Source: the human T2T-CHM13v2.0 reference genome, Homo sapiens
Strand: one strand, 5' to 3'
Assembly: GCF_009914755.1 (NCBI RefSeq)
Contig: NC_060935.1
Length of the DNA: 64,000 nucleotides
Part shown: positions 12,621 through 27,958 of the stretch, piece by piece
How positions within the stretch are numbered: the stretch's first letter is position 1
Layout: every line of letters starts with the position of its first letter
Notes under the pieces: generated by a model
Seen by the model: only the letters and a program-made list of their open reading frames with translations
Told to the model about the DNA's origin: nothing
Database searches by the model: none
Program-made: the position numbers and the translations under genes

Positions 12621-13196
12621 TTTCCCTCTTCTAAATACACAGAGAGAGGGGCCCTGGAAGGGTGGTTTCCCACATGTGTGGAAAAGGGGATCCGGCCAGT
12701 GCAAGGGCGGATAATGGCAGACACAGGGTAGAATCAGACCTCCTTAGACAGAGGATGCTCTGCCCAGCAGCTGCGAGGCATGTGGTCAGGGGCAGCCCCC
12801 AGCTGCCAGCTCCCCCAGGGTTTGCCTTCCCAGCTCAGCACAGCCAGGGACTGAGCAAGGCAGCAGGACCAAGGTCACTCTCTTATGGGGCGCTCCCCCC
12901 AAGTGCTAAGCCCAGCCATCTCAGGCCAGCACGGGGCTGTTCTGCTGGCCAGCCTTCACCCTGCACTCCTGGCTGGGCGGGGAGCCTTTCTCGGATCTGA
13001 GTTGTGGATTGCAGCATCCCTGCCCGACCCTTCTCCCCAACGAAGCTTCGCACTGCCAACGCCGTCCGCGAATTTCCACGGCACATCAAAGAGGGCAAAA
13101 AATGAGGGGAAGGAGGGCAAAGAACACAGAGACAGTGGGCGGCGGGTCCAGACCCACATCTGTGTAACTGAATTCACTTCATTAGATATAAATGGA

Positions 13197-13560
<364 letters not shown>

Positions 13561-13888
13561 CTACTTATAAGAGACATGCACATGGAAAGTCACAGAAGGG
13601 CTGAAGGGGACTGAAATCATACGCCACGAAGATGCTAAATGAGCAGAGCTGATGTGGCACTATTAACTACTGACACCAAAGGAGGCTGCGAGGGAAGAAG
13701 AGTTACCAGAGTAAAATACAGACATTTCATCAGCATTAAGAGGGCCAGTCCACCTGGACCATGTAACAGTTCTAAATGTGTGTACACCTAATAAACCTGG
13801 TCTTAGAACACAAAGCAAAATCTTACAGATGTAAAAGGAGTGGGAAATTAGGATGTAGACATCTGGGTGAGGGCCATTATCCTGCCTA

Positions 13889-14105
<217 letters not shown>

Positions 14106-15438
14106 TCATACCACAGTAAAATTGATCTTCTCTTTTTCAAAGTGACCGAAATCCTCTTGGAAATGTAGAAACACTCCTTGATAATCTTTGCCATGAAATG
14201 AAAGCTACCAACTCTCTCGGAAGCATTAAGAAGAAGCACACTTCTTCACAAAGTAGACAGCACACGGCAGAGTGGGGGCCAGAAGACGTGGCTCACCTCA
14301 ATGCCTGCCTTGTTCTAGAATTTTTTTTTTTTTTTTGAGTAACAGCTCTTCATTTTAAGAAACTGGAAAAAGAACAACAAAATATACCAAAAGAAACTCA
14401 GAAAAAAGATAAGATACAAAGATAAAAAGCTGCAAATGTGGAAAGAATAAAGTGAGACATTATAGAACAGCTTTGAAAGCTGCATACAGGTATTTAAGGC
14501 TGTATGCACCCTGGTGCACAGCAGTGTTATTCATCGGGCAAAAAAAACCCATCAAACCATGAAACAAAAACACCCACCGCCTGGGGAGCACTGGATGCCA
14601 CGGAGTTTTATGCAGCTTTTAAAAAGAATGATTTGAACGTCTGGTTAAGGTGGCGCTGTGCATTCACACTTCGGCCCTTCGTCTCCACAGACAAGATAAA
14701 CACAGCACATTCGACACGGCCCGGAGGAATGATCCATGGCCTCGACAAAGAGAAAACTAAGAAGACACTGCTGGGCTCAGAAGGAAAGTAAACATCTCCC
14801 AGGACCAGATGTGGAGTAGATGGGAGTTGGAGAGAAGCTGAAGCCCAGGCCCAGCACCAGGCTGGGGGCCCAGGTGCTACGGAGGTCCCAGCTATTAACA
14901 GAGCTTCGTGCAGGTGGGCAGCTGGAGCCAGGGGGGCTCACTCTCTTGTGAAACAGGCAGAAAAACAGGCCAAACTCTGCTGGGGGCTGCAGCCTTTAGG
15001 GAGCAGCTGGTCTCCTGAGGCAAAAGGACACATACTTTGTTGAGGCCAGGAACTGGACCAGCCTGTCGGGGGCTTGGTAACTCCATCCAGAACATCCTCA
15101 GGGTCTCCACAAGGCAGACACAGCACAGTACCACAGGAGATGGCTGGGACAAAGAACCAGGAGCTGGAGGGGTGAGGCGGTAGGGGGGCAGCAATCCTGA
15201 AACAATGAGAACAGGGAAGAGAAAGAAAAGTCATACCAGCTCGGAAGAGCTTGCAAACCGATGTTCCAAAACACGCCCAGAATTCTAATGTTCACAAAGT
15301 TATCCAGTCAATAATTAGAATCCACTGCAGATGAAATTAATTTTGTAGAATAGTCTGATAAAGACTAAAATAAATGTGCTTGGAAGGCTCAAGGAGAGAA
15401 ATGAAGAAACCTAGAACTGAAGATACTGTTCCCCAAAC

Positions 15439-16928
15439 AGGAAAGAAGGAAAGAAGGAAGGAAGGAAGGAAAGAAGGAAGGAAGGAAAGAAGGAAGGAAG
15501 GAAGGAAAGAAGGAAGGAAAGAAGGAAGGAAGGAAAGAAGGAAGGAAAGAAGGAAGGAAAGAAAGGAAGGAAGGAAAGAAGGAAGGAAGGAAAGAAGGAA
15601 AGAAGGAAGGAAGGAAAGAAAGGAAGGAAGGAAAGAAGGAAGGAAAGAAGGAAGGAAAGAAGGAAGGAAGGAAAGAAGGAAGAAAGGAAGGAAAGAAGGA
15701 AGGAAGGAAAGAAAGGAAGGAAGGAAAGAAGGAAGGAAGGAAAGAAGGAAGGAAAGAAGGAAGGAAGGAAAGAAGGAAGAAAGGAAGGAAAGAAGGAAGG
15801 AAAGAAAGGAAGGAAGGAAAGAAGGAAGGAAGGAAAGAAGGAAGGAAAGAAGGAAGGAAGGAAAGAAGGAAGAAAGGAAGGAAAGAAGGAAGGAAAGAAA
15901 GGAAGGAAGGAAAGAAGGAAGGAAGGAAAGAAGGAAGGAAGGAAAGAAGGAAGGAAAGAAGGAAGGAAAGAAGGAAGGAAAGAAGGAAGGAAAGAAGGAA
16001 GGAAAGAAAGGAAGGAAGGAAAGAAGGAAGGAAAGAAGGAAGGAAAGAAAGGAAGGAAGGAAAGAAAGGAAGGAAGGAAAGAAGGAAGGAAGGAAAGAAG
16101 GAAGGAAAGAAAGGAAGGAAGGAAAGAAAGGAAGGAAAGAAAGGAAGGAAGGAAAGAAGGAAGGAAAGAAAGGAAGGAAGGAAAGAAGGAAGGAAAGAAA
16201 GGAAGGAAGGAAAGAAGGAAGGAAAGAAAGAAGGAAGGAAAGAAAGGAAGGAAGGAAAGAAGGAAGGAAGGAAAGAAGGAAGGAAGGAAAGAAGGAAGGA
16301 AAGAAGGAAGGAAAGAAGGAAGGAAAGAAGGAAGGAAGGAAAGAAGGAAGGAAGGAAAGAAGGAAGGAAAGAAGGAAGGAAAGAAGGAAGGAAAGAAGGA
16401 AGGAAAGAAAGGAAGGAAGGAAAGAAAGGAAGGAAAGAAAGGAAGGAAGGAAAGAAGGAAGGAAAGAAAGGAAGGAAGGAAAGAAGGAAGGAAAGAAAGG
16501 AAGGAAGGAAAGAAGGAAGGAAAGAAAGGAAGGAAGGAAAGAAGGAAGGAAAGAAAGGAAGGAAGGAAAGAAGGAAGGAAAGAAAGAAGGAAGGAAAGAA
16601 AGGAAGGAAGGAAAGAAGGAAGGAAGGAAAGAAGGAAGGAAAGAAGGAAGGAAAGAAGGAAGGAAAGAAGGAAGGAAAGAAGGAAGGAAGGAAAGAAGGA
16701 AGGAAGGAAAGAAGGAAGGAAAGAAGGAAGGAAAGAAGGAAGGAAAGAAGGAAGGAAAGAAGGAAGGGCGGAGGGAGGGAAGGAGGGGGAGGGAGGGAGG
16801 GAGAAGGGAAGGAAGGAGGAAGGGAGGGAGGAAAAAAGGAAGGAGGGGGAAGGAGGGAGGGAGGGAAGGACAGGAAGGAGGGAGGAAGAGAGGAAGAAAG
16901 GAGGGAGGGAGGGAGGGAGGAAGGAAAA
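15439..16928 (+). repeat. ~1.5-kb polypurine (GGAA/AGAA/GAAA)n compound microsatellite, GGGA-rich at the 3' end
   Basis: Only A and G seen from 15439 to 16768, and only two C's up to 16928. Confidence 0.97.
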
Positions 16929-16929
16929 C

Positions 16930-17400
16930 AAAAAGCTTAAAAAGAACCAATTAGAAATCTTGAAAATAAAAAATGGTCACTGAAATAAAAAACGCGCCTC
17001 AATAGACAGGCTAAACTCTAGACTAGACATAGGTGGAGAGCTGATGAATTGGAAGCCAGTGCTGAGAAATTCAGCCAGAACCCTGCATAAAGAGAAAAAA
17101 GTTCTGAGAGGAGGGAAGGGCTGCTACGCAGTCTGAGGAGAGATCCAGAAGACCATGGAGAAGCAGTATTTGAAAAAATATTAGCCCTGAATTTTGCAGA
17201 ATTAGGGAAAGGCATGACTCCTCAGCTTGAAGCTGGGGTTTGAATACAAAGTAGGATAAAGGATAGTCTCAACCCTTGCCCAGTTGTCACTGGATATCAG
17301 AGACAAAATGCCATTTTCCAGAAAGTGTGTAAAACGTGGTCTCATTAAAGAAAGAACAAGTGAGCACAGGGCACATCCTCCGGAAGATTCTATGATGGTG
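16930..17400 (+). mobile_element. Ancient L1 (L1M-like) ORF1-region remnant, probably also left of the purine tract
   Basis: aaagaaccaattagaaatcttgaaaataaaaaat...tagacaggctaaactctagactagac and gtatttgaaaaaatattagccctgaattttgcagaa resemble old L1 ORF1. Confidence 0.5.
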
Positions 17401-17547
17401 TGAGCCTGGGGTGAGCACAGAACACACAGCAGGTGGTTCGTCTGGGTTCCTAGGGGAGGACGGCAGGGCTGGAGGGGACCCAAAACAAAGCCCAGAAGCC
17501 GCCCAACCATGTGAAATCATGAAATGTGGTAACTACTTAAAAATGTG

Positions 17548-17848
<301 letters not shown>

Positions 17849-17857
17849 GTGTAGTTA

Positions 17858-18181
<324 letters not shown>

Positions 18182-18189
18182 TCAAGTAT

Positions 18190-19850
18190 CGGCATACTTT
18201 CTTTAGCATCTCTTGCAGTGAAAATCAGCTGGAAAAGAATTCTCCCAGCTTTTGTTTACCTGAAAAGGTCTTTCTTTGGCTTTCATTTTTGTAGAACAGT
18301 TTCACTGGAAATAATCATGATGACAGCTTTCATTTTCTTCCGGCACTTTGCATATGTTGTTTCATTTTCCTCCAGGCACATATTGTTGTTCCCCTGTATA
18401 TAATGTATTGTTTTTATTCTCTTGCAGTTTTCAAGCTTCTCTGTTTGTCGTTGGGTTTTAGTAGCTTGTCTACGATGTGTCGAGGTTTTTGTCTGTTTGC
18501 TTTATCTGACTTGAGGTTCACTGAGCTTCCCGAATCTTCAAGTTAATGTTTTTAATCAAATCTGGGAAATTTTAAGCCATTATTTCATCAAATATATGTA
18601 TTTTTCCTTTCTTTTCTTCTCTCCTCTCCTTATGGGATTCCAATTACATGCATGTTGGACTGCTTGATAGAGTCTTGTGGGTCTCTCAGGATATATTTCT
18701 TTTTCTTGGTAAAAAATGAAGTCTTTTTTCTCTATGTTCTTTGCATTAAATACATTTTATTGACCTATCTTCAAGGTCATGGATTTTTTCTCCTACTGTC
18801 TCCAATAAGCTATTGAGCCTATCCAGTGAAATTTTTATTTCTGTTGTTTTAATTTTCAGCTTGAAGAATTTCCATTTGATTCTTTTTTGTAGCTTCCATT
18901 TCTTTGTTGAGGTTCCCCTCTGTTTATTCATTAAGACTATATTTTACTTTAATTATCTGATCATATTTAAAATAGCAGCTTTGAAGTCTTTGTCTATGAA
19001 ATCTAACCTTTGGGTCCATTCAGAATCCACTTCTATTCACTGTCTTTTTCCTAAATATGGATCATACATTCTTGTTTCTTTGTATGTCTAGTTATTTTTT
19101 GTTGGTAACTGGACATTGTAGGTAGTATTTTGTAGCAACTTTGGATTCTGTTATGTTCTTCTGAAGATTGTTGGGTTTTGTTCCAGTAGGCAGTTAACTT
19201 GCTTGATCTGAAACTGTAGAGTCTGCCTCCTCCACAGTGTGTAGTGGCTGATGTCTCTGCTCAGCTTTTCAACTTCCAGCTGTAGTCTTTGTAGCCAACC
19301 CTTTGCACCCGTATGCTCAATATTTAGCCAAGGATTTGAGCAGAGTTTATGTTCAGATCTGGCAGCTCACCCTCTCTGTAGTTCCCTTGCTTTGGGGGTT
19401 CACCCTTAATTTTCCAGCTGCTCAGCCAGCCCTACACTTTGTCTTCTGACACCTCAAACCAATAAGGATTCAACTTTCTGCCATGCATGCTGTGCATGAT
19501 TTGGGGAATACATGCACTCAAAGGAGCAGAAAACTCACGAATATCACCTAGTCCTCTTATATCTTTCAGGGTAGACTCCTCTCTCATATCTCCCTCATTT
19601 TTCACCAAGCTTCCTCAAGTCTCTGATACGTGTTTGTAGTTTGATGGCCATCCAAGGATTGGGGCAGAGTTTAGACTCAGATTTGGGTCTCACCCCTTCT
19701 ACAGCTCTCTTGTTTCAGGATTTCTTCCCTACATTTCCAGCTCCTCTGCCAGCCTTGTCCTCTGTACTCTCCCACCTTGAGCTTGGAAGACTGTGGCGCC
19801 ATGGCCATGACTGTGGGGTTAGGAGCGTGCTGAGGCAAAGGGCTGGCCTT
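18190..19850 (-). mobile_element. Ancient L1 remnant
   Basis: T-rich + strand; reverse ORF fragment KIKTTEIKISLDRLNSLLETVGEKIHDLEDRSIK resembles the L1 ORF1 coiled coil. Confidence 0.6.
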
Positions 19851-20145
19851 TAATTGCCTGCATCAGTTCATCATTGGCTGTGATTTCCATCAGCTGAGGG
19901 CACTTCTGTATTGAGGGGAAAGCAGTGAGAGGTTAACAGCCAATGTTCACAGCAGCTGGGGGCTAGGGTGTACTAGGCTGGTCTAGGAGATTTGGGCAGG
20001 TACCAGTGGTAGTGAGAAAGAGTCCGTTCCAACTCTGCTTTGGAGATAAGTTGGGGCCAATTGCCCTGAAATTAGATTCCTCCAAAGAATCTCTGCTATG
20101 TGCCCCACTCGTGACCCTCCTTTCTGCTTGCCTCCTGACATATTC

Positions 20146-20447
<302 letters not shown>

Positions 20448-20829
20448 CTCCTGACATGTTCTTTTTAAACCAAGAGGGAAACTGAAGTTTTCTCTCTGAG
20501 AACCCACACCTCTGCTTCTGGGTCCCTGGGGCTGAGGGATCACTATGAAAAGCTTTATTTCAGGGGATCTGACTTCTCAGCCCCATCAGTCCCATGAACT
20601 TTTGCCAACGTCCTTTCTCAGGAATGAAATTAAGCACCCAGGTTTTGTTTCACATAATTCAGCCAGACCCTGCCCCTGCCCCCATGGGCTTCCTCTGCTC
20701 CTGGATGGAGAGAAGATACACAGAGAAAGCACCCAGATGAGTGGCTTCCTTGATGGGGATTTAAAATATTTTATTTTCATAGAATTTCTAGTGCCATAAA
20801 AAGGTATATATTTGATTGTTTTGCTTTAA

Positions 20830-21128
<299 letters not shown>

Positions 21129-22637
21129 TTTGCTTCCTTTTAAAAAGCATTTTGGATTTTAGGGTCTTTCTTTTTCTATCGTGGTATTTCTCCAGTGGAG
21201 CCCCCCCTCTGAGTTCTGACCCCAGTTCTTCCATGACATCAGCATTTATCCCTGTTGATAAGCTGCCACATCCTTTAAAAATCAGCCCACCTAAAATGTT
21301 CTACCCCAGCAACTCTGTTCTCACCTTTGAAAAGAGCACCCGACTACTGAATGCCAGGAAAAAGCGCATCCTTTTGAGAGAAATGCATATAGCCAAGGAT
21401 GGAATCCTGAAAGCAGATGTAAAATCCCCTCCACGTAGAAAATCATAGGCACCAGCGATGCTATTAGATATGTATGACTAATTGCGGTTAATACTCGCTG
21501 CTGTCAATTAGCCTCATTAGCACAAGCAATTTGAGCACAGGACATTACTTTAATTACCACAAGCAGTTTGTTCATTTGTGGAGAATGTGCATTTCCAAAA
21601 AGGTTGCGCTATTTGGAAATTAATCCTAATCTCTTGCATTGTTAAAAATTCAGGCAGATAGGGGAGAAAAAAACTGTAAGCAAAAAAAACTGTAAGCATC
21701 CTTGCATTTACAGATACAAAAATAAAGGTGACGAACGTTACACAGTCATTTTTACTATTATTTTTCTACTATTTTATTTTCTCTGCTAAAGCGGACTAGG
21801 GTCATTGTAAGCTTTCTTTTCTGAAATCTATGCGTGGGAGGTAAAATGACTGGCATTAGAGCTCAGCCGAGACATTAAGCCCATTAAGGGAGGCAATGCA
21901 GAAAAGCCTTCAAATCTGAGCTTTTATTCAACTCACCCCGGGGCCGGGAAAGGGCCGGCGAGGACAGCCCCACCCCACCATACCTTCAACCTTCTTGCTG
22001 TGTCCCAGCGAGGACAGTTTCACTCCCACCGGACCCTCCAAGCCTCTTGCCCACGGCTGTGTCCTGGCCGCTGCTTCCTGCCTGGGCCCTGGAGTGCTCC
22101 GAGGACCCCTCCCCAAATCCCAGCCACCGCCGCCCTGTTTGGCGTCTCTGATGGAGAGCTGAGCTTCCTGTGTCCTCGGAGCCTGCAGGGATCAGCACCC
22201 GCCACGGTAGCTCCCCTTTCCCGCCTGCTCTGCTGGATGCTGGGTTTCAGTCCAGGTCCTTCGGGCGCCCTGGAACCCTCTTCCCCTCCCCGACCTGGGC
22301 CTGTCATGGGCCACTTTAGGGCCCTGGATGGCGGCCCTGCTCCCTGGCGCCGCATCAGCCATCCGTGGCAGACTCCCGCCATCCGGATTCTCCCTTTCCT
22401 GCCGGCACCTCTCTTCTTGCGAGTGGCCCAGAAGCAGGGGTGGTCGTTCCGCTGGCTCCTGCTGCACACCAGGCCCTGGGGACATCGTGGCCCTGGGGAC
22501 ATCATGGTCCCTGCCTCCATGGAGCTGACGCTCTAGAGGAGCCGGACACAAAAGGCAAAATGAAAGCACGCGAGCTTCATCATCAGCCAGACTACAGGCT
22601 TAAAAGAGCGTTGGCGCCACAACTAAAATTCAACTGG

Positions 22638-22943
22638 CGGTGGGCGCGGTGGCTCACACCTGTAATCCCAGCACTTTGGGAGGCCGAGGCAGCTGGATCA
22701 CCTGAGGTCAGGAGTTCGAGACCAGCCTGACCAACATGATGAAACATCTCTACTAAAAATACAAAAAAAATTAGTTGTGTGTGGTGGCCGGTGCCTGTAA
22801 TCCCAGCTACTTGGGAGACTGAGGCAGGGAGAATTGCTTGAACCCAGGAGGTGAAGGTTGCAGTGAGCCGAGATTGCACCACTGCACTCCAGCCTGGGCG
22901 ACAGAGCAAGACTCCGTCTAAAAAAACAAACAAACAAACAAAT
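22638..22943 (+). mobile_element. Alu
   Basis: Full dimer with (CAAA)n tail. Confidence 0.9.
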
Positions 22944-24639
22944 CAATGGAGCTGTAGTTCATAGGGACCCACTCGATGAATTTCTTGGCATGTGTGCCCC
23001 TGCAGAGCGGCTCCCAGAACATCAAGCGTCCCGAAGTCCCCACCCTGCTCCTTCCCTGTCCCCCTCCCGAAGGCAGCCCGGCCGAGGGCAAGGCTTGGTG
23101 GCTCCCGGGCTCCCGTGCTCTGAGCCTGTGCAATCCTCGTGGGGTGGTGGGTGGCAGGTGGCCGGAGCGCTGCTGTCTTCGTTGCTCTGCAGTGTTCCAT
23201 CCACCAAGTGAGCACAGTGTATTTTTCCATTCTGGTGGGAATGGTGACCTGAGTTACAGAAACAAAAAATGTTCATCTAAACAGTACTTTTAGGTGGCCA
23301 CTAGGCTCTCCGGACCCAGGTCACAGCCAGCGCCCATCCTCACCCAGTGCAGTCTCGGGCCGGCTCCCTCCCGTCTTGCCCCCTGGCCTGTTCCAGGGCC
23401 CCTGAGAGCAGCTCCTGGCCATGCCATCTCCCATGGTGTCCCCAGGCCGGCACTGGCCCCCTGGCCCGTCCGCTGTGGGCTGGTTGCTAAGCCCCTCCCC
23501 AGGGATTCTGATGGCAGTGGCTTCTGGCTCCCAGCAGCAGCTGGGGCTGGCCAGCGGGGGAAGTAGAGGTAGGAGCTGCCTCTCCATGAGAAGGGCCTCT
23601 GAGAGGTAAATTCCCTACCCACAAAAGGGGCCCCTGGCTTCTTGAAGGACCTGCCTGTCCTGGTGGGGCCCCAGTTGAACGGCCACCTCTCCTGGACCAG
23701 GGCTCCCACTGGGCCAGCCAAGCCCTGGCCTGATGCTGTGAGGCAAAATGACTCACATTAGAGTTTAGCCAGACAGGAAGCCGGGAGGACATGAAGCCCC
23801 CAGCGTCCCCAGTTTAGAAGGCAGGGACCGCAGAGGGAGGGAGGGAGGGAGGGAGGAGAGAGGGCCCATCTCCGCTGCCGTGAGTGCCTTCTGTGGGCAG
23901 ACGAACTCCTCCCTCGCGTTTGTCCTGCAAGGTGACATTTTAAGGCCCAGACACAATTCAGTTTTTATCGAGCAAGTGTCAACATGCTAGACAGGAATTT
24001 TGTAGTCTCCTGCCACTGTTCCTACCCGGGGACACAGAGTCCCAGAACAACGTGCTGTGTTCTCGCCGCATCCTTGCACCAGGAAGCAACCTGTGGGGGA
24101 GTTGGCTCTGAAAACGAGGGCAACACGGTGTGCCCAAGGGTGGGATTCTGGTGGCAGTCGAGTGTTTCTTCAGGTGGGCACCCTGCTGCCTGGGGGGCTG
24201 TGCCAGGGCCGGGAGGACCCTCACATCAGACAGGAGCTCCGTGGACAGTGCCCCACCAGCCGGGCTCCTTAGGAGAGTGTTCCAGGACACGGCAGGAGCC
24301 CAGGTCAGCAGGGGCGTCTGTCCTGACCTGGCTGTGCCCTCTGACCTGACCTAAGTTGTCTCCCACAATGTGGGGGCAGTTTGAGCCCCTCCAGGGAGAT
24401 GGTCCCCAGGCCCCCTTCATCTCCCCAGAGGAGGTGGGAGGTGGCTCAAGGCTTGTCCGTCACTGGGAGGGTATGGGAGTCGGGCCCCACCAGGAAGGGG
24501 GTAGGAAGGGGCCGCAGACGTCCTGCTCACCAGTGCCCCCTGGGACACCCTGGCCTTGGCGGCTAAGGGACCATGAAGGCTTGCTCTTAGATCCGTGTCA
24601 CTTGTCCCCAGCCTCCTGAAAGACAGCCCTCATGACAGT

Positions 24640-24840
24640 CCAGCTCAGTATTCTGCCCCAGGGCACGTGCAATTTTAGGAGATGTTTTTGGTTGCCACAC
24701 AGTGGGGAATGGGGAGGCTGTTGCTGACATCAGTGAGTGGAAGCTGGGGGGCCGTTCATGTCCTCCCAGGCATGGGACAGCCCCTCACAGCAGAGAACCA
24801 TGTGGCCCCCAGTGTCAGTGGTGTGGAAGCAGAGGCACCT
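24640..24840. mobile_element. MER20-like hAT DNA transposon remnant
   Basis: ggagatgtttttggttgccacac...ggacagcccctcacagcagagaacca..tggcccccagtgtcagtggtg; reverse-similar to 33050-33273. Confidence 0.6.
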
Positions 24841-26757
24841 TGGCCTAATGGATCTACATCTGGGGCTACAGGTGGAGAGAAAGAAAAAGGAAATGAAAGC
24901 AGAGGCGCAGAAAGCAGCCCAGCCTCTGCCGTGCTGGGCCTCCTGGAAAGGAGAAGAGGGCGGGCTGGCCCCAGAGGCTCCGCTGGGCAGAGCTACCCTC
25001 CCTCAGCCCTGGGCCCCGCAGCTGGGTCTTTTGGGCCCCATTAAAGCTGGCCTTGGGTGTCCTTGGGCCTTGGCAGGACCTGCAGCCACCACACGGGGTG
25101 GAGGCCTGCCAGGGTCCTTGGGTGGTGGCTCACGGTTTGGAGCAGGCCACCTGAGCATCCCGTGTCCAGGGGCAGCACCCTGTGCATCAAACTCCTCACA
25201 CAGGGAAGGGTTTCCGAGGCCCTCCCTATACCTCGGCCTCGCTAAATGCCTGGGTGGGCTGAGCCCACTGAGCCCTAACCCCATCAAAACACTTGTCACC
25301 TTGTCACTTGGCTGTGAGTACTCAGTCCCTCTGCTCCCCACTAGCCTGTGAGCCCCTTTACCAAAGACTCCTCTCCTCCATCCCCACAGCCCAGCGTGGA
25401 CATCATTCATCCTCCCTGAGCACAAAGCTCATTCTAATGCCCCAGCCTAGAGTCTCAGAGGCATCCCTGTGGACCAGTCCCGATGCTTTGCTGCAGGTGA
25501 TAAAGGCAGATGTGACTCGCTCTGCTTCCCAGGGGGGCAGGCAGGGGCCAGGGTCCTCAGTGCTGGGGAGCCGTCATCTTCAGAACATTGCCTCTCATCC
25601 TCGTGTATGTGACCGCATGGTCTTAAGATGGCTGCACAGCTAAAGGCATCACACCAGTGTCCCAAACAGGGAAGAGAGCTTCTCCCTACCCAGCTCTGCA
25701 GGCCAGGATGGGATCACCTGGGAACTCCGTCATCAGGTGCTTGGCTCAGGCCTATCCCCAAGGGCACAACCAATGAAAGTTTGTGGGGTAAAGGAGGAGT
25801 GAGTGTAGCAAAGCAAAGCCCTTCGATGTTCTCACGTTTGTGGGGCCACATGTGGAGCGATGACTTCGGGCGCACCTCTGTGCTGCCTCCCACTGGCTTC
25901 CCAAACCTCAGGGTGCAGCCTGCCTCTGGAGGCAGGAGCAGGGCCCTGGGCGGCTGGGAGTGGCTGGAACTGGGGACATCACCCACGCAGGTGGCCTGGG
26001 ACACACTGGATGCGTGAGCCTGGAAAGGGGCCAGGAGGAGGGGTCTCCACCCTTCTGGGGCAGCCTGAAACTGGCAGATGTGGCAATGCTGGTTCTGTTC
26101 CAGACCCCCTCTGTGAAGTGCCGTTTCCATGCTGCCCTCACTGGACCAAGGGCACAGCTGTGGAGGAGTGTGAGCGAGGGATCCCCACAAGGACAAAAGC
26201 AGAGACCATCCACTGAAGATGCACCTCCAATCCCTCCTGGTCACGCCCAGCCCCGCGCCCAGGGGCCATCTCAGGAGATGCCCTGGCCAGGCCTCTAACC
26301 ATATCCGGCTCTTGCAGCCACTGAGTCCAAAGCCACCTGGCTCAGGTCCTGGAATGGCACTGCAGGCTTCTGTGGGTGCCAGTGATGGCAGAGAAGAGGG
26401 TCCCCCAATGGCACCTGGACAGCCTGGGCAGATGCTGCCGCCCAGCCTCATGGTCTCTGGTGGGGTGGCCGAGGATGGGTGGTGGGGTGCGCCTCTCTAT
26501 GCATCAGCCCTAAAAGCCTAAGACATGGGTCCTAGAAGTCACGCCTCTCCCCAGAAACCCTTCATGGCTCCCTAGTACCACAGGCGCATTCAGCCTCCTC
26601 ACACGCTGGCCCCAGCCCCCACAGCCCCTCAACTTCCCTCCCCACTTCCCACTACACCCTCTGTGAAAGCCCAGCTCATCTTTCAGGCAGGCCAAACCCA
26701 GGTTTGCCGGGTCTGAGCTTATATAATCTGGGGGGCCTCTTTAAGAATAAGAATATA

Positions 26758-27063
<306 letters not shown>

Positions 27064-27958
27064 GAATATAAAATAACTAAGACAAACACAGGCATAGAAG
27101 TGAGTATCGCTTAGACTGAGAAATGAAGTCACAGAAAACTACAGATTTTAAAAAGCTGATTAGTGTCATCAACATTACAAAATGTGGAAAAATCACAGTT
27201 CTTCTTAGTCACCTGACTCGCTCTACAATACCTGTGCCCCGGTATTTTCGAATGTGTGTACTCATTGTTCATCTCTCATAGGACAAGGACTTTGTTTTAT
27301 GATTTTCTGCAGAGAGAACAGAAAGATGATATGGCCTCTCCTCCTCCACGATGGATACGAATTTACTTTTCATTATTGATGGTGTAGAGAAAGTTCCTGA
27401 AGCTTCACAACCCAATGCTGGTGACGTTGTGTACATTCTTAGGATTGGTATCATTCGGGAAAGCCTCTCCTGAGTTTCTTTTGTGTGTCAGTGTCCACAG
27501 ATGGGCTCGTTTGTAGTGGGAGCTGCAGTTCCTTGTTCTGCAAACAGGAATTGTGACGAGTTTTGCTTTATTCAGTTCCCATCACAAAAGGAAAGAATGT
27601 GCAAAAGTGGGTTTGTGGCCATGATCTGCGTGAGCGAGCGTATTCCTGGCAGGAAAGTGCTTTTGTCTGACTGGGCTGCAGCAGGGGCGGCCCCTCTGCT
27701 GACCATCCACATGTCTGCTGATTAGAGGGCGTTCCCATGGGCCAGCTTCAGTTCCATCCATCACCCAGGTTCCTGGGCACCCCTACCTCCATAGCTGGAT
27801 GCTGTGGGATGGGTCATATACCACATCAGGCCTCACCTTTCTGCATCAAGCCAGCAAATTTGCACCTTGTCCCTAGACAGAGACATTCCCATGTGGGGAG
27901 GACCAGTGGCAAACTAACTGCACCAGAAGAGACCTTGAACCACATAGATATACCCCAC

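Noticed and set aside
15337-16954. 506-537 aa ORFs on both strands (E/G/R/K-rich and F/L/P/S-rich)
   Set aside because: A purine-only or pyrimidine-only strand cannot contain a stop codon, so openness is trivial; no other gene evidence.
21928-26700. Dense overlapping 100-245 aa ORFs suggesting a hidden gene
   Set aside because: GC-rich DNA with ORFs in all frames, no recognisable domains and no consistent exon structure; a lncRNA cannot be excluded from sequence alone.
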